The notes: a model not told the origin generated them from the sequence alone. A stretch of 64,000 nt of DNA from the human T2T-CHM13v2.0 reference genome, Homo sapiens (GCF_009914755.1 NC_060925.1), one strand, 5' to 3'. Counted from the stretch's first letter, positions 1 through 28,219 are shown. Program-made: numbers and translations.

Positions 1-416
1 TTACATGTAGTTCCAACAAGCTTGGATATTTAGTTTCCATGTCTATAGCAGATCAAAATTAACAATTAATGGGTGGGGGTTGGGAGGCCAGAATAAGATA
101 GTTAAAAGCACAGATTCTGGAGTCAAACTGAGTCTTTGAATCCTGTGCTGCTGCTTCCTAACTGTATGACTTTGAAGTATTTAACCTTTTAGCTTCAATT
201 TCCTCATCTGTAAAATGGGAATAATAATAATAGCTATTTTGCACAGTTGGTCATAAAGATTAAATAAGTTAATATATATGAGGTGCCTGCATTTGTAAGT
301 ACTCTATGAGTATAGAGAGGGCGCATTGGTAACAGTACTGATGAGATGTAGCAAAGAAGCAAACCAACCAAAAAAAGCGGAGAAAACAGAGCAATCTAGG
401 ATCCAACTGTGTAAGA

Positions 417-2500
<2,084 letters not shown>

Positions 2501-2584
2501 GTATAAAAGGGAAATCCCCTAACAAACCCTCAGGATATTAACACAGAACATCACAGAATCACAAATAGTGGTCATGATACTAAC

Positions 2585-3378
2585 TTTCTCACCTGCATTA
2601 ACCAGCCCCAGTTCCAGGCTGTCTTGGGGGAAGTAAAATGATAGGAGAAAATGGCCCTATTTGATGCTAAAATATTTGCAGAGAGCAGGCCTAAAAAGGA
2701 CACCCCACAGGAGAAAAGTTCACGGGAAGAAAAGCAGAAGCCCTAGGCTGAACAGAAAGGAGAAAAAGGCGGCTGACCCTGCTCCTGAGGAGATGGATGA
2801 ATGTGAGCAGGCACTGGCTGCTGAGCATCGGATAGCCAAGACCCCTTTGCTCACTTGCCCGAGTACCTTTGTGATGGATGAATTTAAGCACAAGTACTCC
2901 TATAAGGACACAATGTGGTGCTGCCGTATTTTCGGGAGCACTCTGATAAGGATGGTTGGTCTGAGTATTGCTTTCCTGAGAAGCTCACCCAGACCTTCTG
3001 GAGTTGCAATCTCATCGCTGGAATGTTCCAGCAGTTGAACAAACTGAGAAAGAATGCCTTTGCCAGTGCCATCCTCTTTGGAAGCAACAATATCAGCTCC
3101 ATTTCTGGAGCCTGGGTCTTCACAGGCCTTGACACTGAGTCCAGATTGGCAGGTGGTCTTCGAGTCATACACGTGGCAGAAACTGGATCCTGGCAGCAAG
3201 GAGACCCAGACACTGGTTTGTGAGTACTGTTCCTGGAAAAGGGCCTTCCAGCATGTGGGCTAACTTCAGTCAGGGCAAGATCTTCAAGTAAACAGCTCTT
3301 GCCATTGCCTTGCTTCCTGTACCTGTTCTTTAAGGAGATGGGGATCATTAAAAGAAACTGAATATTGAAAAAAAAAAA
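2585..3378 (+). pseudogene. EEF1GP7: Processed pseudogene of EEF1G (elongation factor 1-gamma), 5'-truncated
   Basis: Intronless, frameshifted match to the EEF1G C-terminal half (FLTCINQPQF..., [55 protein letters not shown]). Premature stops at 2639-2644 and 2744-2746. ATTAAA at 3347-3352 and A-tail at 3368-3378. The parent gene is secure; the P7 number is from memory only. Confidence 0.93.
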
Positions 3379-3485
3379 GTTTAATTTAAGGTCAGTTTTT
3401 TCCATTTATGACGACTGAGAAATACCAAGTGCCTACTTAACAAGATTGCCATCCAACATTATTAAAATTTAAAATAAAAATATTG

Positions 3486-13022
<9,537 letters not shown>

Positions 13023-13832
13023 AAGGGAGAGTGTAATTCTTAGTTGGCTAACACTCCTTTGTCCTTTGGGTCTCAGATGTCATCTTTGCAGAATATCTTC
13101 CCTGATGTCTCCTGATTTCCTATAAAAATCAGTTCCTCTCTTTTGTAATCCCAGAGTCCCCTCTGCTTTCTTCTATCCTGGCCATTATCACAGTGCATTC
13201 AAATTGCCCATTTACTCACTTGTCTCCTACCAAACCAGACCTGGAATTCTCAAAGGCAGATGCTGTGTGTTGGTCACCTTTGTATTCTCAAGGCACAATA
13301 TTACAAGTTCAATAACTATCTGTTGAGTGTAGAGGACAGTTGCAATTCTGAGTGCCCCACATCTGAACCTCTTTTCTATGTTGGGAGACTCCTTATGGGT
13401 TTTGGTGAAAGATAGAAAGCTAATATAGAAGCAGAAAGCGCAAGATGCTCGTTTTCCTAGCCTCCCTTGCAGATAAGCATGTACCCACCAATTAGTTGTA
13501 TCCAACCAAAACTTCGAATTAGAAACTGGTGACCATCGAGAATCCATTATTATGGCAGTGGGAGCAACAGCAGGCATACGTGGTTTCCAGGGAGCAGTGG
13601 CAACATACAGGGCCCAGAGAAGGCAGTGGTAATGGTCATGGCAGCAACCTCTCCAGTCTGGTTTGGTTGTGTGATTTGGGTTGTGGGCTGGGTACTCACT
13701 GCCTTGCCTCTCTGGTTCCAGCCTGTTTTCCAAGGCTTCCCTGTGATTCTGTGAAATCTTCAGTCCCCTTTGAGTATATTTTTCTGCTGAAATCCATAAG
13801 AGTCCATTTCTGTTGCTTACTACTTAGAGCAT

Positions 13833-14249
13833 TGTTATAGGATGAATTGGGTCCAACCCCATTTCAAAATTTGTATGTTGAAGCCTTAAGCCCCAGTACC
13901 TCCAAATGTGACAGTATTTGGAGAAAGTGCCTTTGAAGGGATGATTAAGTTAAAAAGAAGCTTTTAGGGTGGGTCCTAATCCAATCTGACTGGTGTGCTT
14001 ATAAGAAGAGGAAATTTGGACACATGAGGAGACGCTATGGGGTATACATGTGTAGAGGGACGACCATATGAAGAAGCATGGAGAGGAAGGTCACCTGCAA
14101 GCCTAAGAGAGAGGCCTCAGAAGAAACCAAAGCTGCCAACACCTTGGTCTTGGACTTCCAGCCTCTAGAACTGTGAGGAAATTAATATATGTTGTTGAAA
14201 CCACACAGTCTATGGTATTTTGCTATGGCAGCCCTAGAAAACTAATACA
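13833..14249 (+). mobile_element. MaLR solo LTR (MLT1B-like)
   Basis: TG...CA ends and typical MLT1 text: gggtcctaatccaatctgactggtgtgcttataagaagagg, ttggacttccagcctctagaactgtgag, gcagccctagaaaactaataca. Confidence 0.8.
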
Positions 14250-16859
14250 AACCCTGACAACATTTAATGATTGATTCAATGGATGAATAAATTATTTCCT
14301 GGTCAGTCACAAAGCAGGCTTTGGAATAAGATTACAATATGCAAATAGGGTGAGACAAGAAGGAAGAGTCAAGGTGTGAAGCCAAGCAGGACCCTAGGAA
14401 AGCGTGAACTTGGAGGTGCAAAGCAGAAGGTAAGACTGGAAGCCTAGGGGAATTCCTTAACACCAGTGAAAGTATTTATATGGACCCCAAGACTGAGAGT
14501 CTTGGAATGAATACGTAGGCTATAACAGAGAGATCCAGGACTTCAGCAGCAGAGATCTGGCTTCAAAATCTCACCCCATCACTTAATGCATAAATGGGCA
14601 AATTAGCCTTTCTGGACCTCCGTATTCTAATCTGTAAAACGAAAATGAAAAATAATACCTATTTCATGGAGTTGTTAGGATTAAATTAAGTAAGAAAGAT
14701 GCCTAACATCTAATAAATGTTGAAATCCTTTCTTATTTTTCCATTGGGCTGGGGGAAGACAGAAGAAGTGGAAACCTAGTGAGGAGAAGACTTAAGAACT
14801 TCTTGGGCCAATGCACAATGTTCAAAGAGTGTGATGAGTGTAGACACACTCTGGATACATGGTTTAGGTGACAGAAGCCAGAGTCTAGGCAGTAAGTGAC
14901 AGTAATAAGAGTCTGGGACAGTGCAGTGGCTCATGCCTGTAATCCCAGCACTTTGGGAGGCCAAGACAGGAGGAATACTTGAGTCCATGAGTCTGAGACC
15001 AGTCTGGGCAACATAGCAAGACCCCATCTCTATTATTTTTTAAAAATATAGAATGAAAAAAAAAGTCTGATGTGGAGAAACATTGTGGTTCTGGGTTTTC
15101 TGTCTGCTCATGGCCATATGCCAGCTGGTTGCATAAGGAGCAGGATCCAGCACCACTCCCTACCTGGGTTAGGATTAGTAAGACTTATACAGGCTGATGA
15201 CCATGGGCAGGTGTATTTAGCAGGAGAATTTCAGCTAAAGACCACTTGTGCAAACTGAACCGGGGTCACACCTGGTCTATCCCAAGCCAGTCTAATTATT
15301 GGCCCTGCCTGCTATTATAAATGAAGCTTTCTGCCCCCATGTTGGCCAGGATTGTCTAAAAAACTGGGCAGAGCCGAGCCTTTGGTTCAAGGGTAGAGCA
15401 GTAATAATGGTTAAAACTTACTAGCAATTACTATATGCCAGGATTTCATATACCTTCTTTCCCCACCTCATCATAACCCTTGGAGGTGAGAACTGTTATT
15501 TCCCCCAAAATTTTTTTTCAGAAAAGGAAATTGAGTTCCAGAGAGGTTAAGAAACTTGTCCAGAGCTATGTAGTTAATCAGTGGTAGGGCTAAGAGTTTG
15601 ATAAATCCCAAAGCTTGCCAGCTGAAGAAAAGAAGAGGTTTTAATTGTTGACAATGTAAATAAATTTCTAAAAAGGAATTTTCTAATATCACGTCAGATT
15701 CCTTACAAGCACAGTATACCTCCTAGCATCTCAATATGGGGCCCAGCTTCAGACCTTTGATACTTCTACCAGAAACCCATATAACAGAGGGCAGCGCTAT
15801 GGAATATTTTCCACAGGAAACATCTGCCCAAATATTTCAGAGGCTGCAAAGTGTCCCAAGAGGGAGGGGGGGAAAACTGAGACCAGTCACAAGGATAGTG
15901 ATAAGTCCAGGTACCAGGTGAACTGAAATGGAGAGAAAACGCAGGCTTCCTGCTTTCCGCTCCCTCTGGAAGCATGCTCTGGTAAAATAAACTCTTTCCA
16001 AGACTCGGGTTCCCAGGTTAGTGATCTGGTTTTCTTCTCGTAGGAAGTGAGCTGTCTCTCAATCAGAAGGTGGGGGAAGGGAAAATTATTGCCAATTACT
16101 CCAAATAAGTAAGCAGGAAGATTCAGACATTTCATGTCTTTACAGTTAAGAGACCTCCACTTTATTCTAAGAGTCAGTCACAGCCCGGCCACAGGATAGA
16201 CATTCTTTGAGTGTTTATAGGAGAATCAATTTCAAAAGATTTTTTAGGCTGGGTGCAGTGGCTCACGCCTGTAATCCCAGCACTTTGGGAGGCCGAGGCG
16301 GGTGGATCACCGGAGGTCAGGAGTTGGAGACCCACATGGTGAAATCCTGTCTCTACTAAAAATTCAAAAATTAGCCAGGTGTGGTAGCACAGGCCTATAG
16401 TCCCAGCTACTCGGGAGGCTGAGGCAGGAGAATCACTGGAACCAGGGGGCAGAGTTGCAGTGAGCTGAGATTGCGCCATAGCACTCCAGCCTGGGCGACA
16501 GAGTGAAACTGTTGTCTCAAAAAAAAAAAAAAAAACAACAACAACAACAACAACAAACAAAAAGAAAATTGCTACCAGGAAACAATAAAACAATATATAT
16601 ATTTTTAAATGAATGTCTTTGAGTGGAAATAGAGTCTGCAGTCGTCCTGAATGTACTGTTCAGACTCATTGTTCCTTATATTTCAACTTCACATGCGCTT
16701 AATGAGAACTGCCCCCCATGTACCAGGCATTGAGGAGCCAAGGGTATGAATCTATCCTGATCCTTGCCCTTCAAGGGCTTCCAGTCGGGGGATAAAATAG
16801 ACTGGTACTCACAGATGGTACAAGGGAGTGAATAAAAGAATGGGGAAAGTAAGGTCTAA

Positions 16860-17102
<243 letters not shown>

Positions 17103-17190
17103 TAGCCAGGAGGGTCTTGATCTCCTGACCTCGTGATCCGCCTGCCCGCCTCAGCCTCCCAAAGTGCTGGGATTACAGGTGTGAGCCACT

Positions 17191-17398
17191 GCCGCAGATC
17201 TTTGCAGCGAGTGTTACAGCTCATAAAGGTGGTGCGGACCCAAAGAGTGAGCAGCAGCAAGATTTATTATGAAGAGTGAAAGAACAAACTTTCCACACTG
17301 TAGAAGGGGACCAGAGCCGGTTACCGCTGCTTGCTTGGCTGGCCAGCTTTTATTCCCCCGCCCCGCCCACGTCCTGCTGATTTGTCCATTTTACAGAG
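17191..17398 (-). mobile_element. LTR12 (ERV9) fragment: core promoter and R region only
   Basis: Reverse-complement LTR12 hallmarks: gagtgttacagctcataaagg, ggacccaaagagtgagcagcagcaagatttatt, tccattttacagag. Confidence 0.8.
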
Positions 17399-18484
17399 TA
17401 AAATGAGCCTTTGAGCAACTCATTCTTCAGTGGAGGAGAAAGACACAGAAATAGTTTGTTCATTTATTCAGTTTTCCAACAATATTTATTTATTTATTTA
17501 TTTAGACAGGGTCTTGCTCTGTCACCCAGGCTGGAGTGCAGTGGCACATTCATAGCTCACAGAAGCCTTGAAATCCTGGGCCCAAGCAATCCCCCTGCCT
17601 TAGCCTCCTCAGCAGCTTGGACTACAGCTGGGCACCACCACACCTAGCCAAGTTTTAAAATTTTTTGTAGGGATGGGGTCTTGCTATGTTGCCCAGGTTG
17701 GTCTCAAACTCCTGGCCTCAAGCAGTTCTCCCCACTTGGCCTCTCAAAGTGCTGGGATTCCAGGTGTGAGCCACTGCATCCAGCCTCAACAATATTTATT
17801 AGGTGCCCACTATTCACTAGTTGCTGTTGCAAAGCAGAATCAGACATAGTTCCCTGTCTTCAGGAACTTATAGTCTTTAGAAGGCAGATAAATATAAACA
17901 AAATATTACAACCCAGATAAATGATAATATAATGTAATAAATCCTGTCTAAGAAAAGACATTGTAAGGCTTCAGGGAACAGGAGAGGATAGAAGTCTCCC
18001 TGGGACATGGCACCCATGTGGAGCCATGGGGAATGGCTCCACAAAGAAGGCTTATGTTTCAGTGGAGACTTAAAGAATGTGTAAAAATTTGCCATGAGAA
18101 GCTTCTTTTGCTTGTCCAAATGTACCATGCTGTCTTGCCTCTGAGCCTTTACTCGTGTTGTTCCTCTCTCTAGACCAGTTCCCTCTTCCCCTTTCCTGAC
18201 CTGAGTAAAACCACACATCTTTCTAGTATCAGCTGGAGTGACACTTCCTCCTGGAAGCCTTCTTTCACATGCCCTTTTCCCATTCTACATGCAGATTACA
18301 GACATAATATCATGGCTTTCCATAGAACTGTGTATGTATGCAAAAGTTGGAGGGGGATAGAGTTGTTGTTCATTATATGAAAAGAAATAACTTCATTGTG
18401 GTTGAAGCATAGGGTACATGGCTCACAATAAATATTTGTGGAATAAATGAATGAATGGATGAATACCTGAAAGAACTGTAATTT

Positions 18485-19105
18485 TGAGGCAGAAGAATAG
18501 GACCTGGAGGCAGGGAATCTAAGGCAGATTCATGCTGACTTCCTAGAACCGAATCAAAAGGAAAACTCCAACTTTCCACACCTAAGTAACAAAAGGACTG
18601 GAGGCTACTCCCTTTGCAAACCCCCCACCTTTTTTTCTTTGTGGCAGTTGGAAAATTGAAAGTATTTCTGCAACCAATCAGACGTTTACATAGGAGCGTA
18701 ATTCGTAGCTTCACTTCAGCCTCTGATTGGTTGCTTACAAAGCAACCAATCAGACTAATTTTGGGCCAAGTATTTGATAGAAGTGTTAATTTTGTAACTT
18801 CACTTCAGCCTCTGACTGGTTGCTTTTCACAATCAATCAGACTGATTGCTGGCCACTACTTCATTTACATAGGGTGTACACCAAGTAACCCAAGGGAAAC
18901 CTCTAGAGGGTATTTAAACCCCAGAAAATTCTGTAAAGGGGATTTTGAGCCCCTGTGCTTGGGCCTGCTCCCACCCCTTGGAGTGTACGTTGATTTTCAA
19001 TAAATCTCTGCTTTTGTTGTTTCATTCTTTCCTTGCTTTGTTTGTGTGGTTTGTCCAATTCTTTGTTCAAGACACCAAGAACCTGGATACCTTCAACTGG
19101 TAACA
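18485..19105 (+). mobile_element. ERV1 solo LTR, MER51-type
   Basis: TGAGGCAG...GGTAACA termini, flanks ATTT/TTTT. CCAAT repeats, TATTTAAA at 18911-18918, AATAAA at 18999-19004. Confidence 0.85.
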
Positions 19106-20492
19106 TTTTCACCCATGAAAGTAGGCTTCAACCAGATTATTAAATCTCTCCTAAACCCACATCACATGCCATTTGAACTGCCTCTATCACATTCCCCTGT
19201 CTCTACCTGGCTGCCTCCTAGTCGTTGTTCAAAATATCCCCTTGTCCTGGAATCCTTTTCTGACAGCCTTCCTTTCTTCCTATAGTTTGGGTCAAGTGCT
19301 TACTGATCTGTTGTGCCTTTTGGGGATCAGTGAGGTCAGGCAGAGAGGCTCTGGGGTTCTAGTATTGCTGCTCTATGGATCAAAGCCCACCAATCCCAAA
19401 TTTCAGATACCAAGTTGGAGAGAACCTTCAAGGTTATCCTTTCTCCCACGGGAAACTGTCCTCCTGGCCTCCGGGCTCTTGTGATTGCAGCACCTACTCC
19501 ATGGAAAGCTTTGCTGGGGAGAGCAGCAAGGTGACCACAGTAGAGTCCAGCTTGGATCTCTCCACCAGTGGGCACCTCAAATTCAACTTTTCCAAAATCA
19601 AAATAGTGGAAAGAGCTCAGACAAACCTGCGTTTGATTCTGGACTTTACTTGTTTTCTGGACTTTTGGCAAGTTATTTCAACTCTCTAAACCTTGGTTTC
19701 TTCCATGACAGCCAGGAGGTTTTGGAATAGGGGAGTGCAGGGATCTGATCCTGTTTTAAAACAATCCTTCTTGCAGCTGTGGGGGGAGGGGACCGGGGGG
19801 AAGGGATGGGCTGGAAAGGAGGAACCAGAGGCTGCTGAATAGAAGTGTTTCCAATTACCGTCAGGCTGGCCTTAGCAGCACACTCTCCACTGTGACCCCA
19901 GAGCCAACCTCATGCTGTTGCCTAGCAACTCACCTGCATCACCCAGGGATCTGAAGCTGGGGCCCCACCGAGGATGGGGAAACGACCAGTTAATTACAAA
20001 GGCTCGGGGGAATCATACATCAGTTCATTCCTCAAATTCTCACTGCGCTCCAACCAAGTACCAGGCCCCATACTAGATACCGGGGACTTAGAGATGAATA
20101 AAACCCTACCTCATTCCTCAAAGAACTCACAGCATAGCAGGATGGACAGATTTCTTCATTCATCCAAGAAATATGTATTGAGTGCCCATCAATAGTACAA
20201 TGGTTAAACAAGTTGTAGCATATTTGCACAATTTAATAGCATACATATGGCATGAGAATGAACAATCTACAATTACACGCAAAAATATGGAATATTGATG
20301 AGTGAAACATATGATAAGTGAAAGAAGCCAAACAGAAAAGAGTACATTCTTATGATTCTACTTAGATAAAATAAAAAACAGCCAAACTAATCTGTGCTTT
20401 CAGAAATCAGGATTGGGGGCTTGGGAAGTAGTGACTGGAAGTAGCATAAGGAGGCCTTCTGGAGTCCTGGAAATACTATAAATCTGGGGGCA

Positions 20493-21924
<1,432 letters not shown>

Positions 21925-24900
21925 CAACTTATTGCCTTTCATTCCCTTTCCTCTCCCTATCCCTACAGACAACTCTTCTAATGTGTTTATTGTGTAGCCA
22001 TTTATGTTGTTCTTGCAAAATATGCATTTTCATTCTGTGTGCACATATTTTACATTTATATAAATGGTACCAGGTTATATATATCATTCTGTATTTTACT
22101 TTTGCATACCACACTACATTTTTTCAATCTATCCCTGCTGCTATGAGTATCTTTAGTTTGTTGCTTCTAACTGTTCCCAGGACTACAGAATTGGATTGAC
22201 AATACAATGCTACTATTATATTTGGCAATCCAAAGTGCTCTACCCACAGAGTGGGGAGATTTCAGCTATAACCCCTCTCTCTCTTTCGGGTTTGAACTTG
22301 GGCAAGTCCCTTCCCCTATTTGGGTCTCAGCTTCCCCATTTGTAAAATCAGAGGTGTCTTCTACTTCTAACCTTCCATGCAACCTCCCTTATTTTACATA
22401 CAGGAAAATCTGGTCCAGAGAGTGGGAGTGACTTGATCAAGGTCACGCAACAGTTATCAACAGTTCAATTCAATTTAGCCCACATTTACTGAGCGCCAGG
22501 CATGGTGCAAAATACTTTAGATACTTAAATAACTAAGGCCTGCTGAGTCCCTCCCCGCTAGGGCCTCTAAACAGAGCTGTGTTAATTTTCCAAGAGCAGG
22601 TGCAGAGATAGCTTGTGGGCACCGGTCAAATGCAGTAAAGATATTAATAGGATGTAGCCTTAGATAGAATCTAAGACAGCACCTCCACCACTCTAATCAG
22701 GCCCCAGAATATTCCTGGCCTCAAGAAATGAAGTTGGGTGCACTGCTTCCTATTTGTAAAAGCTTATTTATTGCCATAGCACTTACCAATAATAACTGAT
22801 CTAATATAGTAAGATAAATCATGCTTGTCTAACTGCGTGCATAATATTACACAGCAGTAACTACGGCATGAATATAATTTTATATTCTACTTGTTACAAA
22901 TGTTTATTGTCGCACAACATTAACGGCTACTGTTGATTATTTACTCTGTACTGGACATCAAGCACTTTACATATGATAGCTCATCTAATCTTCATTACAA
23001 TGCCATGGGGTAGAAGGTACTATTATTATCCCCATTTCAAAGATAACAAAACACAAGCATAGTTATATTATTTGTCCTAGGTCAGTGAATTTCAAGCATT
23101 TTGAATGAAACCCATGGGAGAAGTATAGTTTACATTGCATCCTGGATTACACATGTGTGTTTCACAATACTACACTTACCCTTACTGTATAGGACATTCT
23201 CTGACTTTTTCTATTCAATTTTTTTTCCATGCTAGTCTGAGCTAGTAAGTTGATTCTGTAACTTACTAATGGGTTGCAACTCTCAGTTTGAAAAACAATG
23301 CCCTAGATGAGATACATACCACAATCATAACAAAATTACACAAAAATTAAAGTCGTAATACTCTTTAATGTGAACTTTCATGTCCTGAGCATCTGCCCTG
23401 TACAAGGTCCCATGCTGCAGGTTAGTGACAGGTTTGAATCAAACACGGTCCTGCCCTCAAAGAGCTACAAATTCCTCAAGGTAACATACAAGTAGATAGG
23501 CAATGACATCACAACAGTGATTGTCAATCCTGACTGCACCTTAAAATCAGCTGGGGTATTTTTAAAATACATAGTGCTGGGACCCTATCCCCAGACTTCC
23601 TGATTCAGTTGGTCTAGGGTGGAGCCTGGACATTAGTGTTTTTTAAAAGCTCCCCAGGTGATTCTAAGGTGCAGCCAGTATTGTGGATCATTGCAATACA
23701 GCATGATAAGTGCTACATTACATGAAAGCACAAATTGGGCTCCATGGCTGATGCCTGTAATCTAATCTCAGTTATTTAGGAGGCCGAGATAGGCCAGGAG
23801 TTCAAGACCAGCCTGGACAACATAGTGAGACCCCCACCCCCAACCTCTGAAAATATAGAAAAAAAATTAGCTGGGTGTGGTAGCCCATTCCTGTAGTTCC
23901 AGCTACTCGGGAAGCTGTAGCAGGAAGATTGCTTGAGCCCAGGAGTTGATGGCAGCAGTGAGCTATGATCACACTACTGCACTACAGCCTGGGTGACAGA
24001 GTGAAACGCCGTCTCTAAAAAATAAAAAAACAAGAAAAGGAAAGCATAGAATGGGGGCAACTACCCACCTAAATAAAAGTGTTGAGAAAAGCCTCAGAGA
24101 AAACCTGTTTTCTGAGTTGGGTTTGTGTGCTGCACACCTTCTGTCTGACTCTTTGGATCCACTGTCCACCCCCATTGTCTTCTTGGTACACTGAACCTGT
24201 ACAGCTGACATTGATGGGCTCCTTTGCTCCCTGGCTTCCACTCAGGTACCGGCCAATATCCCCGAAGGAGACTGGTGAGAAAGAGGAGATGAATTAACTC
24301 CCTGGCTCCTTCCCTGTAAGTTTACCTTGGACTGGCTGTGATTCTCCTTTGAAATTAACAGCCTCAGGGAGGCTGAGGCACAAAAATCACTTGAACCCAG
24401 GAGGCGGAGTTGCAGTGAGCTGAGCTCGCGCCACTGCACTCCAGCCTGGGTGACGAAGACTCTGTCTCAAAAAAACAAACAAACAAACAAGGGAACTGCC
24501 CCTTTCAAGATGGCTTGGTGTATAGGTGTATAGGACTCTTTTTCCAGCTTCCATAATCTCTCCTCCCTCTTCCCATCCATTCAGGTCAAGAGATGTTAAC
24601 AGTTCAGATAGGTTCCTGAACGATCCCTGTCTTCTCCTACACCCCACCCACACAATGGAAATTAGTCCCTGTGTAAATGAGCCTTCCTCAAATTCCCCTA
24701 ATCTGAGTATCTCATCTGTTTCCTATTGAGGCCCCGATTAATAAAACCTGGAAGCCCTATAGGAACTTGCTGTAAGCACAAGGACGGGAAAACAATACAG
24801 GCAGGGGGAGCAGATGAGGAATGGCAAAGAGGCAAGGAAATGTGATTTTGTCTGTTTAATTCCCTTTATTGGTTGAAGGATAAATTGCTAAATCCCATGT

Positions 24901-25224
24901 TCAGGTCTCAGTCCTAATCTTCCTAGATTTATCAACAGCATTTTACCAGTTAATCCCTCTCTTCATTCTGGAACAAATCTGTCACTTAGCTTCCATGACA
25001 TCGCACTCTTTTAGGTTTTTGGTCCTTCCTGTGGCTACTCTTTTTCAGTGTCTTTTTCTGGCTCCCTCATGTCTTCATCTCCAGCTGAATGCTGGAGTCC
25101 CAAGGGCTGTCCTTGGTTCTCTTTTCTCTCTATTCCAACTCACCATCATCATCCAGTACCATGGTTTTAAATATTCTGTGTGCTGTCCACTCCCAAATTT
25201 ATTTATTTATTTATTTATTTTTGA

Positions 25225-25332
<108 letters not shown>

Positions 25333-25371
25333 TAGCTGGGATTACAGGTGCCTGCCACCACGCCCTGCTAA

Positions 25372-25575
<204 letters not shown>

Positions 25576-25579
25576 TAGG

Positions 25580-26409
25580 AATGGTGTCTGGAACCAGCTC
25601 CTAGAGTCAATTGTTATGTTTCCAGGACTTTTGCCAGCCTCTTGCTAACCACAGCCATTCCTAAAAATTAAATTACATTTTTAAAATTAAAGAAATTATG
25701 TTAAAAAGAAAGGTAATATTAAAAACTTATCACTTTCTAATTGTTTTACTCTATTTTATGATTTTCTGTGCTCTCAAGTTTATTGATGTCTATTCTATCT
25801 GTATTGTGGAAATACTGCATAATGGTATGCTATTCTCACATCTCTTCCTAACTCCACATTCAGTAAAATCATGTTGGAAGCTCAAAATCAACCAGGGTGG
25901 GAGTATTACACCACACATTAGCAAATGTGGCTCTCAGGGGTTGATTTATTGTTTTGTTTATTGCCTAGACTTAAGAAAGTGATGGAAAAAATGTTAATAA
26001 TACAGATTAAATTGAGAGTATATTATGTCTATAGCCATTACTCTGTGAATAACACAAAAATTAGTGTAAATATTCTTCTGGTATTGGAAACTACTCTCAG
26101 ATGCCACAAAGAAAGCCTTCGTGTTATTGGCTTTATCCTTGTTCTGGCATATATCTCTACTGTTTCACTTTCATCTTACTATTAATGGAAATAAAAATAT
26201 CAACCAACATTAATCTTGGAAGTATACATGTTCAGCAATTGCAACCATTAGTTGGCTATAGATATAAGAGTCTGGCCAACATCAATTAAAACGTTCTGTG
26301 GGAATAAAGTGGCCATATGGAATTTACAATAAGAAGTACTATATATTTTATTATTTGTGAATTGTGTGCTATGCATCATTTATATCAGTAAACCTTATAA
26401 TAAACTTAT

Positions 26410-26448
<39 letters not shown>

Positions 26449-26490
26449 CTTTTTCTCCTGGAAAGCCAATTTGTAAATGTTTACTACTGC
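25580..26490. mobile_element. hAT DNA transposon fossil (MER63-like) inserted in an L2
   Basis: Resembles recalled MER63 consensus (acagccatt..taaaaattaaatta, ctcttcctaactccacattcagt, ggtgggagtattacaccac). Flanked by L2-like sequence (caactcaaacttaacatgtccaaaactgagctc). Confidence 0.65.
26413..26444. repeat. (AC)16 microsatellite
   Basis: Perfect AC dinucleotide run. Confidence 0.95.
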
Positions 26491-26534
26491 TAATAGGCAA
26501 CTCAAACTTAACATGTCCAAAACTGAGCTCTTGA

Positions 26535-27075
<541 letters not shown>

Positions 27076-28219
27076 TGAAGTAATCATGCTCACTGCAGCC
27101 TCAAATTCCTAGGCTCAAGTGACTCTCCTGCCTCAGCCTCCCAAGTAGCTAGGACTGCAGGTGCACACTACCGTGCCAGGCTACTTTTTTTTTTTTTTTT
27201 GTAGAAACAGGGTCTCACTATATTGCCTAGGCTGGTCTTGAACTCCTAGCATCAAGAGATTCTTGTTGGGATTACAGGCATGAGCCACCACACCCAGCCT
27301 CTGCTTTCAAAATATATTCAGAATCTACTTCTCACCACCTCCACTGCCCACATGTCCCCTTATGAGGATTACTGCAATAGCCTCCTGACTACTCTTCTCA
27401 TTTCAGTACTGCAGTCAGAATGATTCTGGTAAAACATAAATTAGAAATGTCCATTCCCTGATTAAAACCCTTAAGTGGCCTCCCATCCCATTCAGAATCA
27501 AAGCCACACTCTTCACAATGGCTTGTAAGATGCTACAGTAGCTGTGTACCCATCCCTTACCTCTCTGATGTCATCTTCTGTTACTCTTCCCCTTGCTCAC
27601 TCTGCTCCAGCCACACTAGACTCTTTGCTGTTCAGCAAACACATCGTGCCTGCTCCTGCCTCCAGGCCCTTGTACTTGCTGCTTCCTCTACCGAGACTGC
27701 TCTTCTACTTTGCTCTCTGACATTCTTTAGGTCTTTGCCCAAATACCATTTTCTCAGTGAGGCTTCCTGATCATTCAAATTAAAGTTACAATCCCTCCTT
27801 ACTCTATACCATACTACTCTACCCTCTCCCCCGCTTAATGCCATGTAAAGTACTACATGTTGGCCGGTTGCGGTGGCTCACGTCTGTAATCCCAGCAGTT
27901 TGGGAGGCCGAGGCAGAAGGATCACTTGAGGCCAGGAGTTTGAGACCAGCCTAGCCAATATGATGAAACCCCGTCTCTACTAAAAATACCAAAAGAATTT
28001 AGCTGTGCGTGGTGGTGGCCGCCTGTAATCCCAGGTACTCAGAAGGCGGAGGCACAGAATCACTTGAACCCGGGAGGCAGAGGTTGCAGTGAGCTGAGAT
28101 TGTGCCACTGCACTCCAGCCTGAGCGACAGAGTGAGATGCCGTCTCAAAAAAAAAAAAGTAAAGTACTGTAGGTTTTGTATGACTAGTTTTAGTTTTTAT
28201 TCTTTCTCTCTCCCAACAG

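Noticed and set aside
2661-3263. EEF1G-like ORFs as a functional retrogene
   Set aside because: Homology is split across frames, with stops and deletions, and the N-terminal GST-like part is missing.
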